From assembly GCA_964602805.1 (NCBI GenBank), contig CAZRSJ010000001.1, positions 59,727 to 123,726 of the forward strand: a DNA stretch of 64,000 bases, given 5' to 3'. Each line of letters starts with the position of its first letter. Position 1 is the first letter of the stretch. Below are positions 44,437 to 56,030 of the stretch, piece after piece. A program made the translations under genes and the position numbers. The notes beneath the pieces are model-generated. The model did not search any database. It had not been told where the DNA came from and saw nothing but the letters and a program-made list of their open reading frames with translations. The DNA is from an uncultured Chromatiales bacterium (GTDB taxonomy: Bacteria; Pseudomonadota; Gammaproteobacteria; Poriferisulfidales; Poriferisulfidaceae).

Positions 44437-45034
44437 GCTTCAATTCGAGAAATTTGCCACTGTTCCCCTTCTCAAGTGCCTGGATATACTCGTGGCGGGC
44501 TTCTTGGGCCCGGCCGGATTGCCGGTATAGATCACCGCGAATCTCGTGCACCAGCCCTTCATAGCCTTCCAGTTGTACCTTCGACAAAACCTCCAACCCT
44601 TCTTCCCACTGCTGCTGTGCCGCATACAGTCTCGCAAGGCGCAGTGCTGCCACTGGTGCGATCAGCAGGTCGTCCGAGTTTTCGTATGCCCACCGCAACA
44701 GGCGGATCGCTTCTTCCGGCTGCTGGTCTTCCTGGTGCAACCGGGCGGAAATCAGGCTGGCCATCGAGGCGTACACGGTCCCGCCATACTCTTGCCGCAA
44801 CCGCGTTCCCATTTCGTGGGCCTGCTGCGCCTGTTCACTCTCCAGATGAGCCCGGTACTGCTGGTACAAGACGGCCGCTCCTGTCGCTTCCCGCTCCTGC
44901 CAATAGTTCCAGCCCTTATAGCCTCCAACTCCCCCCAGTGCCAGTCCTGCGCCCAGCAATACCCATACGAGATTGGCCTTCCACCAATCCCGAAATTCTT
45001 CCAATTGCTGCTGTTCTTCAGGGCTTAAAGCCAT
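44402..45034 (-). CDS. yfgM: YfgM-like (UPF0070) TPR-containing membrane protein
   Basis: N-terminal TM helix after WWKAN. TPR-like C-terminus. Conserved position between hisS and bamB. Confidence 0.75.
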   Translation of the reverse strand: MALSPEEQQQLEEFRDWWKANLVWVLLGAGLALGGVGGYKGWNYWQEREATGAAVLYQQYRAHLESEQAQQAHEMGTRLRQEYGGTVYASMASLISARLHQEDQQPEEAIRLLRWAYENSDDLLIAPVAALRLARLYAAQQQWEEGLEVLSKVQLEGYEGLVHEIRGDLYRQSGRAQEARHEYIQALEKGNSGKFLELKLAELGEQSEAN

Positions 45035-45039
45035 GATTG

Positions 45040-46302
45040 TTATCCGGTCGGGGCAAAGTGTTCAGCGAGAACCGCGGCGATATTATCCAACAAAACCGTC
45101 TGTTGCTCTTCCGACTCGCGCAGGAATTTGAGGATGACGCTTTGCTGGCTCAGTTCCTCTGCACCCATAATCAGCACTGCCTGCGCGCCACTTTTGTCGG
45201 CCCGGCGCATCTGGGACTTCATGCTTCCCCCTTCCATATTCATCCGGACCCGAAGACCCGGAATCTCCTGTCTCAATCGCATGGCCAACGCGCGCATGCG
45301 CGCCGATTCACCCTCTCCCAGAGCGACCAGATAAGCATCCACTACCGCCGTAGCTTCCGCTTCCAGGCATTCGCGGATTCGCTCCAATCCGAGTGCGAAT
45401 CCAGCCGCCGGAGTAGCTCGCCCCCCCAATTGCTCGACCAGACGGTCATAGCGTCCGCCTCCGCCCAGCGCGGATTGAGCACCCAGACTTTCCTCCACCC
45501 ATTCGAACACGGTGAAATCATAGTAGTCCAGACCCCGGACCAGTCTCGGATTAAGGGTGTAATCAATTTCGTGGGCATCCAGTATTTCCCTCAAGCCCTC
45601 GAAATGAGCCCGGGATTCCTCTCCCAGCAGGTCCTCCAGCCGGGGCGCCTCTTCCAGGAGATCCTGGATGGACTCCGATTTGCTGTCGAGCAGCCGCAAC
45701 GGGTTGGTCTTGAGCCGCCTGCGATCATCGTCCTCCAGTTGTGACTCGAATCGCGAGAAATAATCCACCAATTGCCCTCGCCAGGCTGCGCGTTCGTCCG
45801 GGTTCCCCAAAGTATTCAATACCAATCGGGGAGACAGGCCGAGTCGTTGCCAACCTTGCTGGCCCAACAGGAGAATTTCCGCATCGATGTCCGGCCCGCA
45901 CATGCCGAAAGTTTCTACCCCGAACTGGTCGAATTGGCGCAGGCGGCCTTTCTGCGGGCGCTCATGCCGGAAAAACGAACCCAAGTACCACAAGCGCTGC
46001 TGCCGGTTGGGGATCAGTCCATGTTGGATCGCCGCGCGCACGCAACCCGCCGTCCCCTCTGGTCGCAGACTCAAAGACTCTCCATTGCGGTCTTCAAAGG
46101 TATACATCTCTTTTTCGACGATATCGGTCGTCTCTCCGATGGATCGCTGGAACAGCGCGGTAGACTCCACCAATGGGAAGCGGATTTCTTCATATCCGAA
46201 TCCACATGCCGCGTCGATCCACACTTGCTCGATCCGACGCCGGATCTGAGCTTCGTCCGGTAGGACATCGTGCATCCCGCGCACCGATTGCAGACGACTC
46301 AT
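45040..46302 (-). CDS. hisS: Histidine--tRNA ligase
   Basis: Start [17 protein letters not shown] (matches HisS N-terminus). Class II motifs. LRPEGTAGCVRA and GGGRYD blocks. Confidence 0.9.
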   Translation of the reverse strand: MSRLQSVRGMHDVLPDEAQIRRRIEQVWIDAACGFGYEEIRFPLVESTALFQRSIGETTDIVEKEMYTFEDRNGESLSLRPEGTAGCVRAAIQHGLIPNRQQRLWYLGSFFRHERPQKGRLRQFDQFGVETFGMCGPDIDAEILLLGQQGWQRLGLSPRLVLNTLGNPDERAAWRGQLVDYFSRFESQLEDDDRRRLKTNPLRLLDSKSESIQDLLEEAPRLEDLLGEESRAHFEGLREILDAHEIDYTLNPRLVRGLDYYDFTVFEWVEESLGAQSALGGGGRYDRLVEQLGGRATPAAGFALGLERIRECLEAEATAVVDAYLVALGEGESARMRALAMRLRQEIPGLRVRMNMEGGSMKSQMRRADKSGAQAVLIMGAEELSQQSVILKFLRESEEQQTVLLDNIAAVLAEHFAPTG

Positions 46303-47441
46303 GCCATCGCTCCCGAAGCCGCTGGCTGCGACCCATGCACCGGAATGGCGCGACCAATCCATGGCCTAGGTCCGCGGGATTTCTGAATGTCGCCCGCCAA
46401 TTGGCCGCAGGCCGCCGCAATGTCATCACCCCGGGGGCGGCGGGTGGTAGCCACAATGCCTTCTTCGCACAGGATCTCGCGGAATTGGCTGCGTACAGGT
46501 TCGGGCGATGCAGCATAACCGCTGCCCGGAAAGGCATTGAATGGAATCAGGTTGACCTTGCAGGGCAGGCCACGAAGCCTCTGCGCCAAGGCCTGCGCAC
46601 ATTCAGGATGATCATTGACGCCATCCAGCAGTACGTACTCGATGATGATTTTGTGCTTGCGTGCACGCCCCGCGGCGTAACGCCGGCAAGCCGCCAACAG
46701 GTCGTCAATCGGGTAGCGGGCATTGATTGGCATCAGTTGCGTACGCAATACATCATCCGGAGCATGTAGTGATACCGCGAGACTGACGTCGGCGACCTCT
46801 CGGAGGCGGTCGATGCCCGGAACCAACCCGGCAGTGCTGACCGTGACTTGACGGCGCCCCAAAGAATAGGCATGGCTGTCCCGAAACAAGTCTGCCGCAC
46901 CAGCAACCGCATCAAGATTCGCCAGCGGTTCTCCCATGCCCATAAACACGACGTGCGTAACCGGAATGTCCGGCTGCAGACGATGCCGGACTAGCCACAA
47001 CTGAGAAACGATTTCGTGTGCCGAAAGATTGCGCTCAAACCCACTGCGTGCGGTTCGGCAAAACGTGCAACTGAGTGCACAGCCAGCCTGCGAGGATAGG
47101 CACAGGGTGGCACGCCCCCGTGCAGGAATCAGTACCATTTCGATGACGTTGCCACAAGTCAGGCGTAGCAACCATTTGCGCGTCCCGTCCCGGGCACGGC
47201 TGGACTCAACGACATCTGGCAATGTGCACTCGGTCCGCCCGCGCAAGGCGGAGCGCACAGTCTGGGGAATCGAATCTAGCCGTTCCGGATCCACTTTCCC
47301 ATCGCGATGAATCCCACGAATCAGGGATCCTGCGTGAACCGGCGAACAATCCCGGTCCGTCAGCCAGTCCGCCCACTGCTTCCGACTCCACCCGAGTAGG
47401 GGAATTTGACCGGGCGCGGAGTTCATCGCGTTCGAGGACAA
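46299..47441 (-). CDS. rlmN: 23S rRNA/tRNA m2A methyltransferase RlmN (radical SAM)
   Basis: CALSCTFC radical-SAM cluster motif. MGMGEPLAN block. Second Cys pair. C-terminal [11 protein letters not shown]. Confidence 0.9.
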   Translation of the reverse strand: MSSNAMNSAPGQIPLLGWSRKQWADWLTDRDCSPVHAGSLIRGIHRDGKVDPERLDSIPQTVRSALRGRTECTLPDVVESSRARDGTRKWLLRLTCGNVIEMVLIPARGRATLCLSSQAGCALSCTFCRTARSGFERNLSAHEIVSQLWLVRHRLQPDIPVTHVVFMGMGEPLANLDAVAGAADLFRDSHAYSLGRRQVTVSTAGLVPGIDRLREVADVSLAVSLHAPDDVLRTQLMPINARYPIDDLLAACRRYAAGRARKHKIIIEYVLLDGVNDHPECAQALAQRLRGLPCKVNLIPFNAFPGSGYAASPEPVRSQFREILCEEGIVATTRRPRGDDIAAACGQLAGDIQKSRGPRPWIGRAIPVHGSQPAASGAMA

Positions 47442-47854
47442 ATCTCCTCGGGACTGAAGAAAAAGTCGATTTCCGTACGTGCGGTATCCGGACCATCCGA
47501 GCCGTGTACGGCATTTTCATCAACCCGGGTCGCAAAATCAGCCCGGATTGTCCCAGGTGCAGCCTGAGCCGGATCAGTGGCCCCCATCACTTCTCGGTTG
47601 CGTGCAATCGCATTTTCGCCTTCCAGCACCTGCACCATGACGGGGCCGGAGGTCATGAATTCGACCAGATCCGTATAAAACGGGCGCTCCCGGTGCACCG
47701 CGTAAAACGCCTCGGCCTGTTCCCGAGAAAGATGCATCATACGGGCAGCAACGACATGCAGTCCCGCTGCCTCGAAACGCTGATAGATAGAGCCAATGTG
47801 GTTGTTGCCGACTGCGTCCGGCTTGACGATAGAGAGGGTCTGTTCTACGGCCAT
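47423..47854 (-). CDS. ndk: Nucleoside diphosphate kinase
   Basis: 143 aa. NGHGSD catalytic-His motif (NAVHGSD). N-terminus ERTLSIIKPD-like. Confidence 0.9.
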   Translation of the reverse strand: MAVEQTLSIVKPDAVGNNHIGSIYQRFEAAGLHVVAARMMHLSREQAEAFYAVHRERPFYTDLVEFMTSGPVMVQVLEGENAIARNREVMGATDPAQAAPGTIRADFATRVDENAVHGSDGPDTARTEIDFFFSPEEICPRTR

Positions 47855-47995
47855 GGTCCTTCCTTGACCCGGGATGCCCGGAATCGTGATTAACTTGAGT
47901 TTGTATGCAGATAACTGAGCGGATTATTGTAACGAATTCGTTTTGGCTTCACAGTGTGTTCAACAGGATCAGCTTCCGCCCTGCGCCGAAATTCG

Positions 47996-48026
47996 GCATA
48001 AAGAAGGGCCCCGAAAACGGGGCCCC
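47996..48026 (-). terminator. Candidate intrinsic terminator downstream of groEL
   Basis: GGGCCCC-gaaaac-GGGGCCC 7-bp GC stem, 27 nt after the groEL stop, followed on the minus strand by TTCTTTAT. Confidence 0.5.
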
Positions 48027-48052
48027 TCGAATACAACGGTGCAACCGTATGG

Positions 48053-49720
<1,668 letters not shown>

Positions 49721-49763
49721 TTAAAAAATTTAGAAATTAGGATTCAATTGTCGGGCGAACGAA

Positions 49764-50054
49764 TCAGTCCTCGATCACAGCCATGATGTCGTCTTCACGC
49801 ATCACTACCAGTTCATCGCCGTCCAACTTGCATTCGGTTCCAGAGTACTTGCCAAACAGGACATTGTCGCCAACCTTAACACCCATCGCTTGGGTCTCTC
49901 CGTTGTCAAGAACCTTCCCGGGACCCACCGCGAGCACTTCGCCGCGTACTGGTTTTTCCGCAGCACTATCCGGGATGACAATACCTCCGGGACTGGTGCG
50001 CTCTTCTTCAAGTCGTTTGATCACGACACGGTCATGTAAGGGCCGAAGTTTCAT
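49764..50054 (-). CDS. groES: Co-chaperonin GroES
   Basis: 96 aa. [11 protein letters not shown]-terminus and mobile loop. Confidence 0.95.
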   Translation of the reverse strand: MKLRPLHDRVVIKRLEEERTSPGGIVIPDSAAEKPVRGEVLAVGPGKVLDNGETQAMGVKVGDNVLFGKYSGTECKLDGDELVVMREDDIMAVIED

Positions 50055-50139
50055 CGAAAACTCCTAATCATTCAATTAATCAATAATTTAAGTAGACTAA
50101 GGCGGTGATGAGGATCTGCTCTTTCCCGCCTCTGTCATC

Positions 50140-50185
50140 CCTCTATATGGGGGGCAAGCAATTATATACAAGAGGCGTGCCCGTT
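50140..50185 (-). promoter_or_regulatory. Candidate sigma32 (heat-shock) promoter of groESL
   Basis: Minus-strand reading cTTGtAt-N14-CCCCCATAT approximates the sigma32 consensus CTTGAAA-N13-15-CCCCATNT, about 90 nt upstream of groES. Confidence 0.35.
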
Positions 50186-50213
50186 ACAATATATAGAGCC
50201 CCTTCCCACAGTC

Positions 50214-51782
50214 ATGCACTCTTCTGATTCTCTGGTTATCCGTCGCGCGCTCCTGAGCGTTTCAGACAAGACTGGCATCGTCGACCTTGCCCGGACGCTG
50301 GCCGAGAACGGTATTGAACTGATCTCCACTGGCGGCACGGCCGCGATACTTCGCGAAGCGGGCTTGACGATTCGTGAGGTTTCCGAATTGACCGGCTTCC
50401 CGGAAATCATGGACGGACGGGTCAAGACTCTCCACCCCAAAGTGCACGGAGCCTTGTTGGCACGAGGTGAACAAGACCTTGATGTCTGCGCCCTGCATGG
50501 CATTGAGCCCATTGATCTCCTGGTGGTCAACCTTTACCCATTCGCTCAAACGGTTGCCAAACCAGATTGCGACTTCCAGGAAGCGATCGAGAAAATTGAT
50601 ATCGGCGGTCCTGCCATGTTGCGCGGCGCAGCCAAAAACCATGCACATTGCTGTGTTGTGATTGATCCTTCCGACTATGCCAGCATTGCCGAAATCGTCA
50701 GCACCGGAGAGGGTGTTAGCGAAGAGATCCGATTTGATCTTGCCGTCAAGGCCTTTTCGCATGTCGCAGCCTACGATTCCGACATTGCGCATTATCTTGG
50801 GTACCAACTTGAACCGGATAATTTTTTCGGGCAGGGCATGCATCTGACTCTGAAACGTCAATCCATGCTGCGCTATGGCGAGAATCCGCATCAACAAGCA
50901 GCGCTCTACAGTTTTGAGAATCCTCCACCAGGCTCCCTGACTGCCGCCACGCTTCATCAGGGGCAAGAACTCTCTTACAACAATCTTCTTGATACGGATG
51001 CAGCTTGGGAGTGTGTCCAGGCATTCGAAAAACCCGCCTGCGTCATCGTCAAGCACGCCAACCCCTGTGGCGTAGCGGAAGCACGCAATATTGAGGCTGC
51101 CTACGAAGGCGCTTACCGTACCGACCCAACTTCGGCATTTGGCGGGATTATCGCGTTCAATCGGATCGTGCCCGGCCCCCTCGCCCAGACCATCATCGAA
51201 CAGCAATTCGTGGAAGTGTTGATTGCGCCGAGTTTCCGGAAAAATGCACTGCAGGTCCTAGCCAAGAAACCTAAAGTGCGGGTACTTTCCGCAGGTACTC
51301 CCCAAGCGGGTAAGCAGTGTGCAACCGTGCGCAGCATCAGTGGCGGGCTACTTGGGCAAACCCCGGATCACGCACTTCTTGACCCTAAGGCGTTACGCAT
51401 GGTGACCAAACGCTCTCCAACCGAAGACGAACATCAGGATCTTCTGTTTGCCTGGAAAGTTGCCAAGTTCGTCAAGTCCAACGCCATTGTCTACGCACGC
51501 GACCGATGCACTGTCGGAGTTGGTGCGGGACAGATGAGCCGGATCTATTCTGCGCGAATCGCTACCATTAAGGCTGCCGACGAGAATCTTTCGCTAGACG
51601 GCGCCGTGATGGCTTCAGATGCGTTCTTCCCATTTCGAGATGGGGTTGATGCCGCCCACGAAGCTGGCATTACAGCAGTTATCCAACCGGGCGGCAGCAT
51701 GAGAGACGATGAAGTCATTGCCGCGGCCGATGAACACGGCATAGCGATGGTGTTCACAGGAATGCGTCATTTCCGGCATTAG
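50214..51782 (+). CDS. purH: Bifunctional AICAR transformylase / IMP cyclohydrolase
   Basis: 522 aa. MGS-like N-domain ([10 protein letters not shown]). AICARFT domain. Confidence 0.95.
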   Translation: MHSSDSLVIRRALLSVSDKTGIVDLARTLAENGIELISTGGTAAILREAGLTIREVSELTGFPEIMDGRVKTLHPKVHGALLARGEQDLDVCALHGIEPIDLLVVNLYPFAQTVAKPDCDFQEAIEKIDIGGPAMLRGAAKNHAHCCVVIDPSDYASIAEIVSTGEGVSEEIRFDLAVKAFSHVAAYDSDIAHYLGYQLEPDNFFGQGMHLTLKRQSMLRYGENPHQQAALYSFENPPPGSLTAATLHQGQELSYNNLLDTDAAWECVQAFEKPACVIVKHANPCGVAEARNIEAAYEGAYRTDPTSAFGGIIAFNRIVPGPLAQTIIEQQFVEVLIAPSFRKNALQVLAKKPKVRVLSAGTPQAGKQCATVRSISGGLLGQTPDHALLDPKALRMVTKRSPTEDEHQDLLFAWKVAKFVKSNAIVYARDRCTVGVGAGQMSRIYSARIATIKAADENLSLDGAVMASDAFFPFRDGVDAAHEAGITAVIQPGGSMRDDEVIAAADEHGIAMVFTGMRHFRH

Positions 51783-51825
51783 GCAGATATGTCAACAGCA
51801 TACACAGTCTGATTCACAGATTCGT

Positions 51826-52473
51826 TTACACAGAAGGCAACTCGAAAACTCGCCTAGCTATAAAAAGTCCGACAATTTTTGCCTTTGGAAAACATCTAGA
51901 TAGAACTGTTTCCATTGCTTGGAAGTGCGCTCCCGTCGTAAGAACATCATCAACAATGGCGATATAGTTGGGAATAGGCGTTAATAGGCTATTGTCTACA
52001 TCATAACGCTCCTGATATTGTTGAGGAGTAGGCCGTTTTTTTGTTTCGTGAGCGGCTTTGTAACTTCTTTGCTGGATGATGATTTCTCGAATATCCAACG
52101 GATGGTCTGGCCTAATGGTATACAACATTTTTGTCAGCCTGTCATCGTAAAGAGGATGTTTTTTAGCTTTCGATGGTGGAATCGGCACAAAAGTCAACTG
52201 CTCCAGTTGATTCTGAGTTAGGGCAACTCGAAATGCAGTTGCCACTTGTCTGATTGCTCGTTCTTTATGAGGCCAGTCTGGTGATTTTTTTCGGTCCAAT
52301 GATTTTTTAAAGTTTAAAATTAAACTATTGGTTTTACTGTAGGCATAACCTTGCTCTGCGGTGTATTCACCAAGAAAATAACAATTGTCAGTGTCTTCCA
52401 GATAATAATAATCTGACCGTGTCAGATCATCAATCTTGGTGAAGTGCGGGGGTAAGATGCTTTCGAATATCAT
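51826..52473 (-). CDS. Type-I phosphoribosyltransferase-domain protein (ComF-like PRTase; ShosT-like toxin candidate)
   Basis: C-terminal PRPP-binding motif IAIVDDVLTTGAHF. Start uncertain: the track ORF starts at 52509; MIFES at 52473 used here. Overlaps the upstream DprA-like gene by 44-80 nt. Confidence 0.6.
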   Translation of the reverse strand: MIFESILPPHFTKIDDLTRSDYYYLEDTDNCYFLGEYTAEQGYAYSKTNSLILNFKKSLDRKKSPDWPHKERAIRQVATAFRVALTQNQLEQLTFVPIPPSKAKKHPLYDDRLTKMLYTIRPDHPLDIREIIIQQRSYKAAHETKKRPTPQQYQERYDVDNSLLTPIPNYIAIVDDVLTTGAHFQAMETVLSRCFPKAKIVGLFIARRVFELPSV

Positions 52474-53338
52474 CGTAATCTCGAACTCGCAGGGCCCCTT
52501 TAGCGGCAAATTTTTCTGGCCAAGTTAGGCGCGAATTGCGAAAGCAACTATTAAGGATGAATAGTTTTCGCTTTTGGCGCAGTGCCGCACGTGCCTGAAA
52601 TAACGTTCCAGATGTTTCACTGGCCTCGACAATAATAGTTGCCTCCGTGAGTGCGGACATCGTTACATTACGTTCGGGAAAGAAAGTACGGTTATATCGG
52701 TAGTCCTGAGACTCATAACGCTGAAGCGGAACCTGGCTGATGACCAGAAAATGCTCTGAGATATAGCGCTGCAACTCAGCATTATCTTTCGGGTAGAAAT
52801 GCGAAAGTGGAGTACCTATTACTGCGATAGTTTTCCCTCCCCCTTCAATAGCGGTTGTATGGGCCACTTTGTCAATGCCAGCCGCTAACCCAGAAACAAT
52901 TGTGAATCCGTTTTGTACTAGTTGTTTCACTAGCTTTCGTGCTCGCGCGAGCCCTTCCTTAGTAGGGCGTCTAGTCCCCACTACCGCAACAGAGGGCGAT
53001 GCTACTAGATCCCACCAACCTTGATAGTACAGAAGTTCGACAGGATATGCTGCGTCTCTCAATTTTTTCGGATATTCTGCTCCACCGTATACACGCACCC
53101 CGAAATCATGAATACCGGCCTCTTCAAACTTTTGCTTTACGGAAACTGCACACTCATGAGCTTGCTCTTCCGGTACGAAACTTGATGGAATGCTACCGGG
53201 ATGACGAGCAAATTCTTCTGCCAACGATTTAAAAGTCGTTTCAGGCCTTGACCATAGCGCTTCATATGCCCCCATCTCATGAAATGGTGAAATGGCTGAA
53301 AGCCCATAATTCGCCCTTTCGAGTTCAAGATTAGACAT
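52430..53338 (-). CDS. DprA/Smf-family (SLOG Rossmann) protein lacking the C-terminal winged helix (ShosA-like antitoxin candidate)
   Basis: DprA Rossmann-core motifs YP..L......P.LLY..G......SPSVAVVGTRRPT..G...A..L...L...G..IVSGLAAGIDKVAHTTAIEGGGKTIAVIGT. ATG at 53336-53338 with GGGGAGA RBS. The track ORF begins 5 codons earlier at a TTG. Confidence 0.6.
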   Translation of the reverse strand: MSNLELERANYGLSAISPFHEMGAYEALWSRPETTFKSLAEEFARHPGSIPSSFVPEEQAHECAVSVKQKFEEAGIHDFGVRVYGGAEYPKKLRDAAYPVELLYYQGWWDLVASPSVAVVGTRRPTKEGLARARKLVKQLVQNGFTIVSGLAAGIDKVAHTTAIEGGGKTIAVIGTPLSHFYPKDNAELQRYISEHFLVISQVPLQRYESQDYRYNRTFFPERNVTMSALTEATIIVEASETSGTLFQARAALRQKRKLFILNSCFRNSRLTWPEKFAAKGALRVRDYDDIRKHLTPALHQD

Positions 53339-53446
53339 TACACATCTCCCCAATGAACATCATGTTGTCATGACAGTTCATACAATTTAAAAGTTTAGTA
53401 GTAGCATCTTTTTGGCAGAGATTCTACCAACTAAAAAGTTTTGAAC

Positions 53447-53980
53447 TTATCGATTGAAAGGTAGCTTGGCCAACATCATCGCCATCCCGCAGGAACCGGT
53501 AGCGCCCGAAAACAGAAGGCCTGCCCCAATGAAGCCAGACAATCCGAAAAACCCAGGATGAACCCATACTCCCAAGATGACACCCAGTAAAACCAAGCTG
53601 CCCGCCACAATCTGGACTTGGCGCATGATTTCGATCGGGGCCCCGGAATCTGAGGCGATCGGATAACCCGCTTTCTTCCAAGCCATGATGCCTCCCTCCA
53701 AGATATACGTCTCGGGGTAGCCAACGGCCGCAAGTTGATCCGCATGAACCTGCGTACGGCGACCGCTTCGGCAATGGAAAATTCCGATTTTCTGATGTGG
53801 CTCAGCTTTCAGGCCCGCTTCCAATCCGGTCAGGGGAATCCACCGCGCCTCTGGAATTCTCATCTGGCCGCGCTCCCCAGGGTCCCGAATATCAATCAAC
53901 TCGGCCCGACCTTCATCTAACCAGCGCCGGGCTTCGCTTACCTTGATTTCTTGAACATCCATCATCCGCCTCCGCGTCAT
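53447..53980 (-). CDS. Rhodanese domain fused to a DUF2892-type membrane anchor (YgaP-like)
   Basis: Rhodanese active-site loop CRSGRRT. C-terminal two TM helices with GxxxG-rich segment. Confidence 0.75.
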   Translation of the reverse strand: MTRRRMMDVQEIKVSEARRWLDEGRAELIDIRDPGERGQMRIPEARWIPLTGLEAGLKAEPHQKIGIFHCRSGRRTQVHADQLAAVGYPETYILEGGIMAWKKAGYPIASDSGAPIEIMRQVQIVAGSLVLLGVILGVWVHPGFFGLSGFIGAGLLFSGATGSCGMAMMLAKLPFNR

Positions 53981-54081
53981 TATTGCGATTGTACACCCGG
54001 CCCTTCCTAAAACCCAGACTGATTTCTCTCGGCTCTAACGGTAAGAATTCCGCATGTCTCCCATCCCACATAAACGCTCCA

Positions 54082-55704
54082 TCAACGTTTTATGTTTCGC
54101 GCCATCCCTAATGTGCTAACCCGACCCGCATTTCCAATTCCAGTCGGATCCGAAGAAGGTCCCAGCGCGTCCAACCCGCGCATGGCAGCATTACCTGCCG
54201 CATAAATCACCCACAACATTCCCAGAGGCAATAGCATGTGCAATGCCATCGTGCCGTAACCGAGCGCGACCCGATCCACTTCCCAGCGCCCGGCATCTCC
54301 AAGTTTCATGCCAGGGTACATCGCGTCAATCAACGCATCGTCGAGAAAGTTCGATATTCCGAACATCATTGAGAACAACCGAACGGCCACGATCATGACC
54401 ATGATTCGAAGGGCCGCCGTCAGGCTGTAGAACGTCAGGAACAGGTACGCTCCCAGCAGCATGTATAGCACCATCAATATCAAACTTTGTGCCATCGGCG
54501 CAATGCGCCGCATGATGTGCAACCGGGCGTACAAGCCCAAGGCCTCGGATCCGACGAAAGCCGTCGCGCCGACCGCGGTCGACAACGTGAATGCCGCCAG
54601 ACTTCCGCTTGCCGCCCAAGCGGCGAGGCCACTGGCAATTCCGGAACCCGCCGCGAATGCTGCCAGACCCGCCAATATCTCGTTGTCTGGTCCACCGATG
54701 CCGTAGCGGCGCGGACCATTGAGAATAGTGTTGCGGACCATTTGCTCTTCGATGAAATCCCGGCTGTAGGTTCCTTTCGTGAAATTCGCAATCCCGTCCA
54801 TGTCTGGCACAAAACGCACGAGAAGCTTCATCAATCCTTCATTCCGGTTGTTGCCGAGCCACCAGTCCCGGCAAACCGGCAACTGGCGGTCTCCCTTCCA
54901 GCGTTTGACTTCGGTCCGGGGCCGGGGATAGGAATCGAACGAACAGGGACCCTGCTCCGCGACCGCACTGCACAACGCGTAATAGCCGGGCTTTTCCAAG
55001 AAATAGCGATTTCCCGGATACTCGGCGTCTTTGCGCGACACGATTTCTTCTGGAGGCTGGAAAATTTCGTACTTCCGCCAAGCCGGCACGAAACATTGGC
55101 TGGCAAAATGGTCGAACTCCTGGCGGATGCCGGGATCCTTGATGAAAGCATGGCGGGTACGGAACGCGAGACCAGAATAATCCTGAAAACACGGTAAATG
55201 CCCTAGCACGGCTTGAGTGATGCCGCCACTAATCGACAGCACGACGGCCCAGAACATCGGGATCCTAGGGTGCTCTTCGTGAAAACGCGCCAACCGGGTG
55301 GTGTCGTATGTGGTGTCGGTGTCCCCGTACGTATGGGTCGCATCCCCAAGTTGGCAGACCGGCGTGTATTCGATTGAATTTGGTTCGACCTTGACGTAAG
55401 GCACCACCATGAAAACGAAGACCACTAGTGCGACCGGAAGGTCTACCCGCATCTGGCTGACGGAGCCACCGCTGTTGGGAAAAATGTTTTCGGTGCTAAG
55501 CGGAACGATGAAATTGCGAACGATGACGACCAGGAACGGAATCAGCAGCAGGTTCAGATCATCGGCCAACTCGAACAACAGTTCGTACATGCTCCACCCG
55601 AACATGGTCAGGTAGACTTCGATATAACTGAATGTCGGGATTGTCGCGTACATGCCCGTCAATCCAGATTGCGCAACAGCAGCAGGACCTCGTAAGCCAC
55701 GCAT
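54082..55704 (-). CDS. TraG_N-like polytopic membrane protein of ICE T4SS
   Basis: 540 aa. Multiple TM helices, large periplasmic loop with conserved Cys. Gly/Ala-rich TM cluster (GLAAFAAGSGIASGLAAWAASG). Confidence 0.55.
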   Translation of the reverse strand: MRGLRGPAAVAQSGLTGMYATIPTFSYIEVYLTMFGWSMYELLFELADDLNLLLIPFLVVIVRNFIVPLSTENIFPNSGGSVSQMRVDLPVALVVFVFMVVPYVKVEPNSIEYTPVCQLGDATHTYGDTDTTYDTTRLARFHEEHPRIPMFWAVVLSISGGITQAVLGHLPCFQDYSGLAFRTRHAFIKDPGIRQEFDHFASQCFVPAWRKYEIFQPPEEIVSRKDAEYPGNRYFLEKPGYYALCSAVAEQGPCSFDSYPRPRTEVKRWKGDRQLPVCRDWWLGNNRNEGLMKLLVRFVPDMDGIANFTKGTYSRDFIEEQMVRNTILNGPRRYGIGGPDNEILAGLAAFAAGSGIASGLAAWAASGSLAAFTLSTAVGATAFVGSEALGLYARLHIMRRIAPMAQSLILMVLYMLLGAYLFLTFYSLTAALRIMVMIVAVRLFSMMFGISNFLDDALIDAMYPGMKLGDAGRWEVDRVALGYGTMALHMLLPLGMLWVIYAAGNAAMRGLDALGPSSDPTGIGNAGRVSTLGMARNIKR

Positions 55705-56030
55705 ACCGCGACGACAGCGAACATCAACTGGCGTTGCTCAAGAAGAGACAGCGGCATATGCCCGCGTTCGGTTCGTTTTCGGTCGAGCCAGCTGACCAAT
55801 TGCGGCCAGCGCAGGATCAGGTACAGGTAGGTGGCACCATGCAAGCCGAGATGAAGCCAGAAGCCATAGCGTTCAAGAAATTCCCGCCACCGCGCCAGAT
55901 ACGTTGCCGTGCGATTCAGGTGTTCAGGCGTTGCGGCAGCCAACTGCTGCACGGCATAGATGAGCGCGATACCCAACACGAGGGTGGCTAACAACACCCC
56001 CAATATTCGGCGCGACCGGGGACCGGTCAT
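55659..56030 (-). CDS. Small ICE-associated membrane protein
   Basis: 123 aa, 3 hydrophobic helices. Overlaps neighbours on both sides. Confidence 0.4.
   Translation of the reverse strand: MTGPRSRRILGVLLATLVLGIALIYAVQQLAAATPEHLNRTATYLARWREFLERYGFWLHLGLHGATYLYLILRWPQLVSWLDRKRTERGHMPLSLLEQRQLMFAVVAVCVAYEVLLLLRNLD

Larger units (their letters stand above)
51783..53446. other. Low-GC two-gene cassette inserted between purH and the rhodanese gene
   Basis: Sharp drop in GC and change of codon usage relative to purH and the rhodanese gene. Confidence 0.55.
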
